NCBI GenBank assembly: GCA_016717595.1
Contig: JADKFE010000010.1
Span: 113,031 to 143,573 of the forward strand
Length of the DNA: 30,543 bases
DNA from: Deltaproteobacteria bacterium
GTDB taxonomy: Bacteria > Myxococcota_A > UBA796 > CAJQPC01
Direction: 5' to 3'
Shown in pieces: positions 8,517 through 21,225 of this stretch; position 1 is the stretch's first letter; each line of letters begins with the position of its first letter. Position numbers and translations under genes: made by a program. The notes beneath the pieces are model-generated. The model ran no database searches and was not told the origin of the DNA. It worked only from the letters and a program-made list of their open reading frames with translations.

Positions 8517-11062
8517 GGCGCCTCCTCGGGGTTCGTGGGATCCGCGTCGGGATCCCCCTCGTCGCCCTCCACGGGATCCGCGCCCACGCCGCCCGCGCTG
8601 GGCGGGGCCTCGGGGGCGGCCTCCAAGGGCGTGTAGCTCACGTCGTCGATGTTGCTGCGGTACAGAGAGGGCTCGTCGATGATGTTCATCGAGTGACCCA
8701 GCAGCGTGTTCAGCGCCTCGACCTGCTCCAGCTCCGACTTGCCGTAGAAGCGGCGCAAGAACTCCTCACGCTGGGCCACCTTGATGCGGTACACCTCCTC
8801 CAGATCCGCCGGCTCGTCGATGACGTGGGGCGTGAGGAAGATGAGCAGGTTGGTCTTGCGGGTGGACTCGCGGCGGCCACGGAAGAGCGCGCCGACGAGG
8901 GGAAGATCACCCAGAAGGGGGATCTTCGTCTCCACCTGGGTGGACGTCTGGCCCATGAGGCCGCCGATCACGACGGTCTGGTTGTCACGAACCAACACAG
9001 TCGTCTCGGCGCTGCGTTTGGAGGTGATGAAGCCCGCCGTGGAGACGTCGAGGCCTTGGGCGTCCTCTTCGATCTCCGAGACCTCTTGGAAGACCTCCAG
9101 CGTCACATAGTCCGACTCGTTGATCTGCGGCGTCACCTTCAAGGTGATGGCGACGTCCTCACGCTGATACGTCACGAGCGGGTTGTTGTTGGAGTCACGA
9201 CCCGAGGCCACGGGGAACGGGATGTTACGACCGACGACGATCTTCGCCTCCTCGTTGTCCATGGTGAGGATGTTCGGCGTCGAGAGGATGTTCACCTGAG
9301 AGTTCGACTGTAGCGCGTTGAGCACGATGCCGAAGGCGGGGATGGTGAGCGCCGTGCCGCCGGAGAGGGGGTCACTGTTCACGGTGATGCTCTCACCGAA
9401 CACGCCCATCGCCAAGCCCGAGAGCAGGTCCGAGGAGAGGCCTAAGGACGAGGCGCCGAGCTGGGCTGAGCCCAACACGATGCCGCCCGCGTCGCCGGGC
9501 TTGCCGACGTGAACACCGGCGCCGACGCTGATCTCGTCCTCGCTCGCGAGCTCCATGATCACGACCTCTACAAACACCTGCTTGCGGCGGATGTCGAGCT
9601 GGTCGATGACGTGGCGGAGCGTGTCGTAGGCCTCAGGCGAGGCGATGATCACCAGCGAGTTTGTGTTCTCATCGGAGGTGACGCGGATGCTGTCGTCGAG
9701 GAGCGAGGCCGCGCCGCCTTCGCCCGCCGCTGGGCCCGCGTCCGCCGGAGCGCCGCCCGCGGGCTGGTTACGCCGCTGGGCCGCCGTCTGTGTGGTGCTG
9801 CGCTGCTGGGCGGCGCCGCCCGTGCGGTTCGCTTGGCTCAGGTTGGAGAGCACCTGGGCGACGTCTTCAGCCTTGGCGTGCTCCAGATACACCACATGAA
9901 TCTGGGAGCGTGAGGCGGGATCGACGTCGCGGTCAAGCTCGGCGATGAGCGCGAGCACCTTGGCCATCGCCTCTTCGTTCGCGAGCAAGATCAGGGAGTT
10001 GGTGCGCTCATCCGCCACCATCTTCTGGATGTAGCTGCCTTCACTGCCGACGTTTGAGGCGGTGGACGCGGCGGCGGGCGCGGCCTCTGTGGTGGCCCGG
10101 CGGCGGCGGTTGCCCGCGGCCTGGGGCGCCTGGGCGCTGGAGGCAGACGAGGTCGTCTCGGCGGAGCCGTAGATCTGCTCGATGAGGGTCTTGACCTCGG
10201 TGGCCGTGGCGTATTGCAGCGTCACGATCTTGAGCTCAGCCCGAGGCGCGGCCACATCAAGCTGGCTGATCACCTTCCACATGCGGCGAATGTTCACCGC
10301 GGCGTCGGTCACGATGAGCGTGTTGGTGGGCGCGTACGCCACGATCTTCGCCTTGGGACCGGCGAGGCCTTGGGCGACGGAGGAGATGTCGGAGACGCTG
10401 ATGTTGTCGAGCTGGAAGATCTGCGTGATGTACGCATTGGACGACGAGACGGTGGAGCCCTCGTACACCCGCACCGGGGACTGCGCGGCCTCGCCGTTGG
10501 GGATGACCTTGGTGCTGGTGCCCACCTCAACCGTCGTGTAGCCCGCCACCTCCAGGGCCGCGAGGAAGGCCTCATAGGCGCTGGCGATGGTGACGTCGGT
10601 GTGGGAGATGATCGTGATCTTGCCCTTCAGATCGTCCTGCAGGATGTAGTTCCGGCAGGTGATGCGGGCCATGTACTCGACCAGATCGCGGATCTCGACG
10701 TCGACAAAGTCCATGCGCACCTTGACCGTCGGGTCGATGCACGGGGGCTTGTTGACCACAGCGGTCTTGGGGGTGCCGGTGGCGTCGGTGGCGCCGGGCT
10801 CACCGGGGTTGCCGCCCAGCTCAGGCTGCGGGTCCTCGGGCGTGGCGGGGGCCGGCACGGGCAGCGGCGCTGGGCCACCCGGACGAGGCGCGCCGATCAC
10901 GGGGGCGGAGGGCCCGTCGATGCGCGGCGGGATTTGAGGGTCTTCGCCGTCCTGGGCATAGGACGGACGGCCCGCGAGAAGGCCAGCGCACAACAGCACG
11001 CAGCTCGGGATCAGCGCTCGCAACAGGTTCCGGCTCGCCACATCGGCTCCGCGTCCGCTCAA
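8513..11062 (-). CDS. gspD: T2SS outer-membrane secretin GspD, with a Pro-rich N-terminal extension and an acidic C-terminal tail
   Basis: Signal peptide, N-domains and a secretin domain (...VVIGGLMGQ...LLGDLPLVGALF...). 849 aa. The start is uncertain: either a TTG at 11062 overlapping the gspC stop (TTGA) or a GTG at 11041 that has a GGAG SD. Confidence 0.88.
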   Translation of the reverse strand: MSGRGADVASRNLLRALIPSCVLLCAGLLAGRPSYAQDGEDPQIPPRIDGPSAPVIGAPRPGGPAPLPVPAPATPEDPQPELGGNPGEPGATDATGTPKTAVVNKPPCIDPTVKVRMDFVDVEIRDLVEYMARITCRNYILQDDLKGKITIISHTDVTIASAYEAFLAALEVAGYTTVEVGTSTKVIPNGEAAQSPVRVYEGSTVSSSNAYITQIFQLDNISVSDISSVAQGLAGPKAKIVAYAPTNTLIVTDAAVNIRRMWKVISQLDVAAPRAELKIVTLQYATATEVKTLIEQIYGSAETTSSASSAQAPQAAGNRRRRATTEAAPAAASTASNVGSEGSYIQKMVADERTNSLILLANEEAMAKVLALIAELDRDVDPASRSQIHVVYLEHAKAEDVAQVLSNLSQANRTGGAAQQRSTTQTAAQRRNQPAGGAPADAGPAAGEGGAASLLDDSIRVTSDENTNSLVIIASPEAYDTLRHVIDQLDIRRKQVFVEVVIMELASEDEISVGAGVHVGKPGDAGGIVLGSAQLGASSLGLSSDLLSGLAMGVFGESITVNSDPLSGGTALTIPAFGIVLNALQSNSQVNILSTPNILTMDNEEAKIVVGRNIPFPVASGRDSNNNPLVTYQREDVAITLKVTPQINESDYVTLEVFQEVSEIEEDAQGLDVSTAGFITSKRSAETTVLVRDNQTVVIGGLMGQTSTQVETKIPLLGDLPLVGALFRGRRESTRKTNLLIFLTPHVIDEPADLEEVYRIKVAQREEFLRRFYGKSELEQVEALNTLLGHSMNIIDEPSLYRSNIDDVSYTPLEAAPEAPPSAGGVGADPVEGDEGDPDADPTNPEEAP

Positions 11063-12057
11063 CGGACCTCATACTCGAAGGTCTGCCGCTTGTTTCGCCG
11101 GGAGACCTCGAAGGTGAAGTTGGACTCGCTCTGAAGGCTCTGAAAGGCGGAGAGCGCCTGGTCGGGGCTGGTGAGACCCATCCCGTTGACCTGGTGCACG
11201 ATGTCGCCGTTCTTGATGCCCAGCTTGTCGAAGATGCTGCCACGACGGATCGCGCTTAAGCGATACCCGTCGACCTCACCGTCCGCTCCGCGATGCGGGA
11301 CGACCCGCACCTTAGAGGCCAAGGAGTCGATGTTCGCCATCGCGTCCTCAAGCAGCTTTCGCTCGACGATGAACTTGTTGTCGCCCTCTTTGGTGATGCC
11401 GCCGTCGGACTCACCCGCGGGCTCGGGCTCGGAGGCGGGCCGGGGTTTGGCCTCACCCTTCGCGCCCATCTCGATGTACTCAAGCTCCCCGGTGCCACGA
11501 TCGATCCAGACCTTCTTGGCCTCGATGCGTACGATCTTGCCCTCACCGCCCTCTAAGGTGTCGCCGACGCCATACCCTTGGCTGCGGCTCTCGCGGTCGT
11601 CTTTGGCGATGAGCGCTGAGGAGAACAGCTCGGGCTCGGCCACCATGGTGGCGATGAGCACATACCGAAGCTCGCTCGCGCCGACCTCGCCGCCGGCCAC
11701 GCCGTCCGCCGTGGCGCCGACCTTGGTGGAGTCAAAGATGGACCGCCGCACGAAGGGATCGACGAGGTCACTCTTGCTGAGCCGACGGGCGCTGGCGACG
11801 GGGTTGTCTTCAGGGGGCGGCGGCGCGTCGTCGGGGCCAGGCTCGGCGTTCTCAGGAGCGCCGCCCTCGGCCATCGGCTCGTCCCCGGCGACGACGGGGC
11901 TCGCGTCGATGGGCTCAGCGCCTTCAGGCAACGTGAACACCACACGCTTGAGCGTCTGGTTGAGGGTGGCCGCCGACAAGAACGACGTCAGCGCGATCAT
12001 GGCCGCGCCCGCTTGGACGCGCCGAGTCTGGAGCAGAGCTTTGAGGGCCACGATCAC
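11059..12057 (-). CDS. gspC: T2SS GspC: TM helix, Pro-rich linker, HR domain and PDZ domain
   Basis: N-terminal TM (AAMIALTSFLSAATL). An HR-domain-like segment (LRYVLIATMV...YGVGDTLEGGEGKIVRIEAKKVWIDRGTGELEYIEM). A C-terminal PDZ (GYRLSAIRRGSIFDKLGIKNGDIVHQVNGMGLTSPDQAL). GTG start with an AGGAGA SD. Confidence 0.75.
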   Translation of the reverse strand: MIVALKALLQTRRVQAGAAMIALTSFLSAATLNQTLKRVVFTLPEGAEPIDASPVVAGDEPMAEGGAPENAEPGPDDAPPPPEDNPVASARRLSKSDLVDPFVRRSIFDSTKVGATADGVAGGEVGASELRYVLIATMVAEPELFSSALIAKDDRESRSQGYGVGDTLEGGEGKIVRIEAKKVWIDRGTGELEYIEMGAKGEAKPRPASEPEPAGESDGGITKEGDNKFIVERKLLEDAMANIDSLASKVRVVPHRGADGEVDGYRLSAIRRGSIFDKLGIKNGDIVHQVNGMGLTSPDQALSAFQSLQSESNFTFEVSRRNKRQTFEYEVR

Positions 12058-12082
12058 GAAGACTCTCCTGACCTTTGCCGAT

Positions 12083-12097
12083 GCAAGATCCGGGCCA
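12083..12097 (-). promoter_or_regulatory. Candidate sigma54 (-24/-12) promoter for the gsp operon
   Basis: The minus strand reads TGGCCCGGATCTTGCA against the consensus TGGCACG-N4-TTGCW. GG and GC have the correct spacing and there is one mismatch. It sits ~26 nt upstream of the gspC GTG, and the predicted TSS falls just upstream of the SD. Confidence 0.4.
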
Positions 12098-12179
12098 GCT
12101 TTGGAGGTGCTCAGGCTGCCGTCGGGGCCTCGGGTTCGCGACAGCGTGTCATCAGCGACCGGGGGAGGGCCCAGGGCCG

Positions 12180-12192
12180 TGACAAGTTGTCA
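12180..12192. promoter_or_regulatory. Perfect palindrome TGACAAGTTGTCA, ~95 nt upstream of the sigma54-like element. A candidate enhancer-binding-protein or transcription-factor site.
   Basis: Read directly: gtGACAAGTTGTCAtcg. It lies in the 272-bp divergent gspC/nudix intergenic region. Confidence 0.4.
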
Positions 12193-12328
12193 TCGCGTGC
12201 TCGACCGCGCCGACTTGAGCCCGTTAACCGCTCCGGCGGGCCGCCGCCCGGTCTCAGAGGGCCGCTCCCCGAGAGTTTCCGAGCCCAAGCCTTCTAGCCC
12301 CGCCGCCGAGGCGGTTATCTTGCGCGGC

Positions 12329-12817
12329 ATGTCTCGCAGCCCGATCCCCACCTGGACCTTCGCCCTCGTCGCTGTGCGGCGAGAAGATCAATTCCTGCTT
12401 GTACAAGAAGACAAGAAGGAGAAGCCTTGGTATCTGCCCGCCGGACGGGTGGAGGCCGGGGAGAGCCTCGTGGACGGCGCCGTTCGCGAGACGATGGAGG
12501 AGGCCGGGGTGCCCGTGGCCATCGACGGCGTGGTGCGCATCGAGCACACCCCGGCGTCGAAAGACAACTCCCGTCTTCGGGTGTTCTTCACCGGCCACGC
12601 CATTGATGACCGGCCCCCCAAGTCGGTGCCGCGCAAAGACACCCTGCGGGCGGCGTGGTTCACCCTCGATCAGATCCGGCAGCTCAAGCTGCGCAACACC
12701 GAGGCCTTGGAGATCTGCGAGTACCTCGCCGCGGGCGGGCCGGTGTACCCCATCGCGCTCCTCGCGCCCAAAGGCTCCGCGCCCTTCGCGGCGACTGCGG
12801 CGGATCAGCGGGGCTGA
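12329..12817 (+). CDS. Nudix hydrolase
   Basis: Nudix box GRVEAGESLVDGAVRETMEEAGV (GX5EX7REUXEEXGU). 163 aa from the ATG at 12329. The upstream part of track ORF 11171..12817 is antisense to gspC. Confidence 0.85.
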   Translation: MSRSPIPTWTFALVAVRREDQFLLVQEDKKEKPWYLPAGRVEAGESLVDGAVRETMEEAGVPVAIDGVVRIEHTPASKDNSRLRVFFTGHAIDDRPPKSVPRKDTLRAAWFTLDQIRQLKLRNTEALEICEYLAAGGPVYPIALLAPKGSAPFAATAADQRG

Positions 12818-13417
12818 GCCTCAGGCGCCTCTTCTAGGGGCACCTCTTCCGCTGGCGGCGGCTCCGCTGGCGGCGGCGTGCGTAGGGTCTCGATCAAGAA
12901 GAGCAGGCCCGGGTCGGGCAGCTCGACGTGCAGCGCCGTGAGGGCGAGGATCGCCTCATCCACACGATCCTCAGCGACGAGCGCCAAGGCCGCGTCGTGT
13001 TTGGCCTGGGCGGCGAGCAGGCCCACGGCGAGGCGCTGGCCGTCGGGGCCGTCTACGACGCTGAGGCGCTGGGGGCGGTCGATGTGGGGCAGATCCGCCA
13101 CCTCGTCGATGACGAAGCTCGCCGGGTTCACCTCGGGCTCGCTGCGCACGACCGTCACGGCGTTGCCTTCGATCGCCTCGACGCGGCAGGCGCTCGACGC
13201 CCGGATCACCCCGTAGCCCTTGAGGCTCAAGGCCATCATCCCGGGGCTCATGGCGGTCTGCTGATCCCAGGCGAGGAGCTCCTCGGCGACGACCTTGTCC
13301 GCGAGGATCTGCCGGGCCGGAGCGTCGATGGAGAGCCCCGGGAGCGCCTCACATACCGAGACGGCGAGGGGGGCGAGGCCAGGGCCGCAGCCCACGAGCA
13401 GGGCCAACAGGAGCATA
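12805..13417 (-). CDS. Hypothetical lipoprotein
   Basis: Starts at [11 protein letters not shown] (lipobox LVGC), the internal ATG of track ORF 12805..13749. High GC3. The 3' end overlaps the nudix 3' end by 13 bp, convergently. Confidence 0.55.
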
Positions 13418-13475
13418 CACACCTCAGGTCGTCTGGCCGTACCCCATATCCGGGCGGCGGCGCGCCGGGGATGGA

Positions 13476-13492
13476 CTGTTGGCCTGTTCAGT
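13476..13492 (+). promoter_or_regulatory. LexA/SOS-box-like site upstream of uvrB
   Basis: CTGTTGGCCTGTTCAGT matches the Myxococcus-type LexA consensus CTRHAMRYBYGTTCAGS at 14 of 17 positions, including the GTTCAG core. It is 31 nt upstream of the uvrB ATG. Confidence 0.35.
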
Positions 13493-13522
13493 TGGCCCGG
13501 CGCGAGATACAACCGCGGCTCT

Positions 13523-15658
13523 ATGCAGATCACGCTCAACGCGCCCTTCGCCCCCGCCGGGGACCAGCCCAAGGCCATCGCGACGCTCACCGAGGGCCTC
13601 GCCCGGGGGGAGAAGCACCAGGTCCTCCTGGGCATCACCGGCTCGGGCAAGACGATGACCATCGCGCATGTCATCGCGAACAGCCAGCGCCCAACGCTCG
13701 TGCTGGCCCACAACAAGACCCTCGCCGCCCAGCTCTTCGGCGAGCTCAAGAACCTCTTCCCCCAGAACTGCGTCGAGTACTTCGTCTCGTACTTCGACTA
13801 CTACCAGCCCGAGGCCTACGTCCCGTCCTCCGACACCTACATCGAGAAGGACAGCCTCATCAACGAGCGCATCGACAAGCTGCGCCACGCCGCCACCCGG
13901 GCGCTCTTGGAGCGCCGCGACGTGATCATCGTCGCGTCCGTGAGCTGCATCTACGGCCTTGGATCTCCCGAGGCGTACAGCAACATGCTGCTGCGCTTAG
14001 AGAAAGGCCAGCGGGTGAGCCGCGAGGCCATCCTGCGGAAGCTCGTCGAGATTCAGTACACCCGCAACGACATGGACTTCCACCGGGGCACCTTCCGCGC
14101 CCGGGGCGACGTCATCGAGATCTTCCCCGCCCACGAACAAGACCACGCCCTGCGGGTGGAGCTCTGGGGCGACGAGGTCGAGGCGATCTCGGTCATCGAC
14201 CCTCTGCGCGGCGTTCGTTTGGAGGCGCTGGACCTCTGCTGCATCTACCCGGCCTCGCACTACGTCACCCCCAAGTCGCAGACCGATCGGGCCGTGGCGT
14301 CGATTCGGGCCGAGCTTGTCGAGCGCCTCGCGACGCTGAACGCCGAGAACAAGCTCGTCGAGGCCCAACGTCTTGAGCAGCGTGTTCAGTACGACCTGGA
14401 GATGATCGAAGAGCTCGGCTACTGCTCGGGCATCGAGAACTACTCTCGGCACCTCACCGCGTCTGCCGAGGGCGCCCCGCCGCCAAACCTGCTGTCGTAC
14501 TTCCCAAAGGACTGGCTGCTCGTCGTGGACGAGTCCCACGTCAGCTTGCCCCAGGTCCAGGGCATGTACGTCGGCGACCGCAACCGCAAAGAGACCCTCG
14601 TGCGGTACGGCTTCCGCCTGCCGAGCGCCATGGACAACCGCCCCCTACGTTTTGACGAGTTTGAGGAGCGGGTGAACCAGGTCATCTACGTGAGCGCTAC
14701 GCCGGGCCCGTATGAGCTGGAGAAGGCCGGGGATCAGCTCGTGGAGCAGGTGATCCGCCCCACGGGCCTGCTCGACCCCTTGGTGGAGGTGCGCCCGGCG
14801 GTCACCCAGGTAGACGACCTCCTCGCCGAGCTTCGCCTCGTGATCAGCCAAGGCTGGCGCGCGCTGGTCACCACGCTCACCAAACGCCTGGCGCAGGAGC
14901 TCACCGACTACTTCCGCGAGCTGGGCCTGCGGGTGCGCTACTTACACAGCGACGTAGACACCTTAGAGCGCATGGAGATCCTGCGGGATCTGCGCCTGGG
15001 CGAGTTCGACGTGCTCGTGGGCATCAACCTCTTGCGAGAGGGCCTCGATCTCCCCGAGGTCGCCCTGGTGGCCATCCTCGACGCCGACAAAGAGGGCTAC
15101 CTGCGCAGCGAGCGCAGCCTCATCCAGACCATCGGCCGCGCCGCGCGAAACGTCGAGGGCCGCTGCATCCTCTACGCCGACCGGGTCACGGAGTCGATGC
15201 GGAAGGCGATGTACGAGACCGCCCGCCGCCGGACGATTCAAGAGGCGTACAACCTTGAGCACGGCATCACGCCCCGCACCATCGTGCGCGCCATCGAGAG
15301 CCACCTCGCCGACATGTTGGGCGGCACCACCGACACCGGCGCCGAGGCCAAGCTCGCCGCCGATGGCGCCTCCCGGGCCCCTGAAGACGCCAAGAGCCTG
15401 CCGCTCACGGCGATCCCCGAGACGCTCAAGCGCCTACGCGCCGAGATGAAGGCCGCCGCCGAGCGCCTCGACTTTGAGGAGGCCGCCCGCCTGCGCGACC
15501 GCTTGCGCGCCTTAGAGAGCTGGGCGATGGAGCTCTCGGGTGAGCTGCCCAGCGAAGAGCGCACCATCGGCGCCCGGGCCGCCGCCGCCTCCAAGGCCGA
15601 TCCTGGCCAAAAAGCCCCCCGCCGCACCTCCAAAGGCCGCCCTCCCCGGCATAAGTGA
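13523..15658 (+). CDS. uvrB: Excinuclease ABC subunit B
   Basis: [22 protein letters not shown]...GITGSGKT..., helicase motifs, and the C-terminal UvrB/UvrC interaction region. 711 aa from the ATG at 13523. Confidence 0.97.
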   Translation: MQITLNAPFAPAGDQPKAIATLTEGLARGEKHQVLLGITGSGKTMTIAHVIANSQRPTLVLAHNKTLAAQLFGELKNLFPQNCVEYFVSYFDYYQPEAYVPSSDTYIEKDSLINERIDKLRHAATRALLERRDVIIVASVSCIYGLGSPEAYSNMLLRLEKGQRVSREAILRKLVEIQYTRNDMDFHRGTFRARGDVIEIFPAHEQDHALRVELWGDEVEAISVIDPLRGVRLEALDLCCIYPASHYVTPKSQTDRAVASIRAELVERLATLNAENKLVEAQRLEQRVQYDLEMIEELGYCSGIENYSRHLTASAEGAPPPNLLSYFPKDWLLVVDESHVSLPQVQGMYVGDRNRKETLVRYGFRLPSAMDNRPLRFDEFEERVNQVIYVSATPGPYELEKAGDQLVEQVIRPTGLLDPLVEVRPAVTQVDDLLAELRLVISQGWRALVTTLTKRLAQELTDYFRELGLRVRYLHSDVDTLERMEILRDLRLGEFDVLVGINLLREGLDLPEVALVAILDADKEGYLRSERSLIQTIGRAARNVEGRCILYADRVTESMRKAMYETARRRTIQEAYNLEHGITPRTIVRAIESHLADMLGGTTDTGAEAKLAADGASRAPEDAKSLPLTAIPETLKRLRAEMKAAAERLDFEEAARLRDRLRALESWAMELSGELPSEERTIGARAAAASKADPGQKAPRRTSKGRPPRHK

Positions 15659-15667
15659 AGGTTCCCC

Positions 15668-15964
15668 ATGCTCCTCCTGATGTTTGTGATCGGCTGCGGC
15701 TACTCCGTCGAGGCCTGGTGGACCGATCTCGCTGAGGCCCACTGCCGCTGCGTGGCGCCTGAAGACTGGCGCGAGTGTCTGGACGAGCAGATGGTGATCT
15801 ACGAGTCCACGCCGGAGTGGGAGGCCTGCCACGATGAGGCCGCGCCCGTAGACCGCGAGGCCGTTCGGGAGTGGACAAAAGACTACTCAGACGCCTGCCG
15901 CACCCCGTCCGAGCCCGCGCCCGAGCCCGAGGACCCGAACTGGGTCGACGCCTGTGAGCTCTGA
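15668..15964 (+). CDS. Small acidic Cys-rich lipoprotein
   Basis: MLLLMFVIGCG lipobox and 7 Cys in 98 aa. Starts 10 nt after the uvrB stop. Confidence 0.5.
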   Translation: MLLLMFVIGCGYSVEAWWTDLAEAHCRCVAPEDWRECLDEQMVIYESTPEWEACHDEAAPVDREAVREWTKDYSDACRTPSEPAPEPEDPNWVDACEL

Positions 15965-16615
15965 GTGAGCCTACGCGTCTGGGTCTGCCTCGACCAACAC
16001 GACCTTGAGCACCTGGCCCTGGCCGCTGTGCGAGCGGCCATGCCCGCTGAGCGGCTGCACCCCGCCGCGCGCCTGCACCTCCAGATCTCCCCGCCAATCA
16101 CCCCCGGCGAGCTCTTCCGGCATGGCTCCGTCGAGCCCCCGCGCCTGCGCCTGATGGCCCTGCGCAACAGCGACCGCCGCGGCCGCCTGCTCGACCCGCT
16201 GGGCGAAGAGGCGCTCTCGTTGGCGCCGCAAGGCCCCGTCGCCCGGGGCGGTCTGCCGTGGGTCGAAGAGCTCGGCTGCCCCGCGCTCTCCAAGGCCCTC
16301 GGCGCCTGCCTGCTTTTGTGCTGGGAGGAGTCGCCGAGCCTCGCCTACGCCGCGCTCTACCGCCAAGGCCGCTGCCAGTGGTCTCTGGCCCTGCGCCCGT
16401 TCAAGGACGTCGTGCGGTTTGACGGCGGCCGCGCCTGGCGCGACAAGGGCCGCCTCGTCGCCGATGGTGACCGCGCCGAGATCATCCGCCTGGGCTTTGA
16501 GAAGCTCTTGACGGAGCCCCTGCCGATCGATCCCGACGAGGCCCTCGTCTTGCCCGACGTGCTCGCCGAGGCGCTCATGGGAGCGCCCGACGTGCCCCTG
16601 AAGTTGAAGACTTAG
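15965..16615 (+). CDS. Hypothetical protein, 216 aa
   Basis: The GTG follows the upstream TGA directly. Strong GC3 bias throughout. No recognisable domain. Confidence 0.5.
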   Translation: MSLRVWVCLDQHDLEHLALAAVRAAMPAERLHPAARLHLQISPPITPGELFRHGSVEPPRLRLMALRNSDRRGRLLDPLGEEALSLAPQGPVARGGLPWVEELGCPALSKALGACLLLCWEESPSLAYAALYRQGRCQWSLALRPFKDVVRFDGGRAWRDKGRLVADGDRAEIIRLGFEKLLTEPLPIDPDEALVLPDVLAEALMGAPDVPLKLKT

Positions 16616-16621
16616 CGGGTC

Positions 16622-20210
<3,589 letters not shown>

Positions 20211-20218
<8 letters not shown>

Positions 20219-21197
20219 AGACGTCGAGCCCGAGGCCCTTCACGCGGAGGAGGCGCTCGGCTCGGCGCGCGCGCCCCGAGCGCTGTTGGCCCCGGCGAAC
20301 GTCGATCAGAACCTCCGCGACGCCGCCCAGGTCTGGGCGGTGATGGTGGGCTGCTGGCTGGGCATCATCTTTGGTCCGGCCGCCCTCTATCCGCTCTGGG
20401 TGCTGATCTTGGGGGGTCGCCTGAACGCCTTGGGCGTGATCTTGCACGAGCTCTGCCACATGCCGCCCCAGCGCGGCGGGCGGGCCCTGCTCCTGGAGAT
20501 GTTGGCGGGCTGGCCGATCATGTCCACCGTCGACGCGATGCGCTACCACCACCTGCGCCACCACCGCGACTCAGGGATGCCCACCGACCCGTACCTCAAG
20601 CCGCCCTTGGCCGGCCGCCCGCTGCTGCGCCTGTTCTATTGGCAGCGCACGGGCCTGTTGATCTTCGTGTGGACCCTCCGGATGATCGTGGGCAACCTCG
20701 CCGCGGTGATCCCGGCCCTGCGGACCTTCTACGCGAGGGGGCTCCTTCAAGATCGCTCCGGCGCGCCCCTTCGGGACAGCCCCGAGGTGATCCGCTGCGC
20801 CCAGGCCGAGCGGCGCTTGATCCTGCCGCTCGTGCTGCTCGTGATCTTGGGGGGCCTGTCCCCCGGCGCGCTGGTCTATGGCGTGATCCTCCCCGCTTGG
20901 GTGGCGGGGCTTCTGTGCGGCTGGCGGCTTCTGGAGGAGCACAGCGACGCCCGCGCCACGGACCGCCGGGTCGAGACGACGCTGCGCACCACCCGGGATC
21001 ACAACCTCGACCCCTTGGGGCGGCTCTTCTTCGCGCCGCTCAACGTCGGTTACCACGTCGCGCACCACCTGCACCCCCAGGCCGCAAAAGAGCGGCTGCC
21101 CGAGCTCGCCGCCTGGACCCGCGCGCAGCATCCCGAGGCCTACCCGCGGCTTCGTCGCTGGTGGGGAGGCGACGAAGCGGCCCGCGACGGGGTATGA
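20211..21197 (+). CDS. Membrane fatty-acid desaturase family protein (three His boxes)
   Basis: HELCH, HHLRHH and HVAHHLHP with several TM segments. The likely GTG start at 20211 overlaps the upstream stop (GTGACTGA). The Pro-rich start of track ORF 20130 is shadow. Confidence 0.65.
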
Positions 21198-21225
21198 TGA
21201 GGCGTCCCCGCTGGAGCTAGGCCCC

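Noticed and set aside
12928-14376. A 482-aa + strand ORF overlapping uvrB in another frame, and the upstream extension of the uvrB ORF from 13295
   Set aside because: Off-frame shadow. The genuine uvrB starts at ATG 13523 (MQITLNAPF...), and the upstream extension overlaps the divergent lipoprotein gene.
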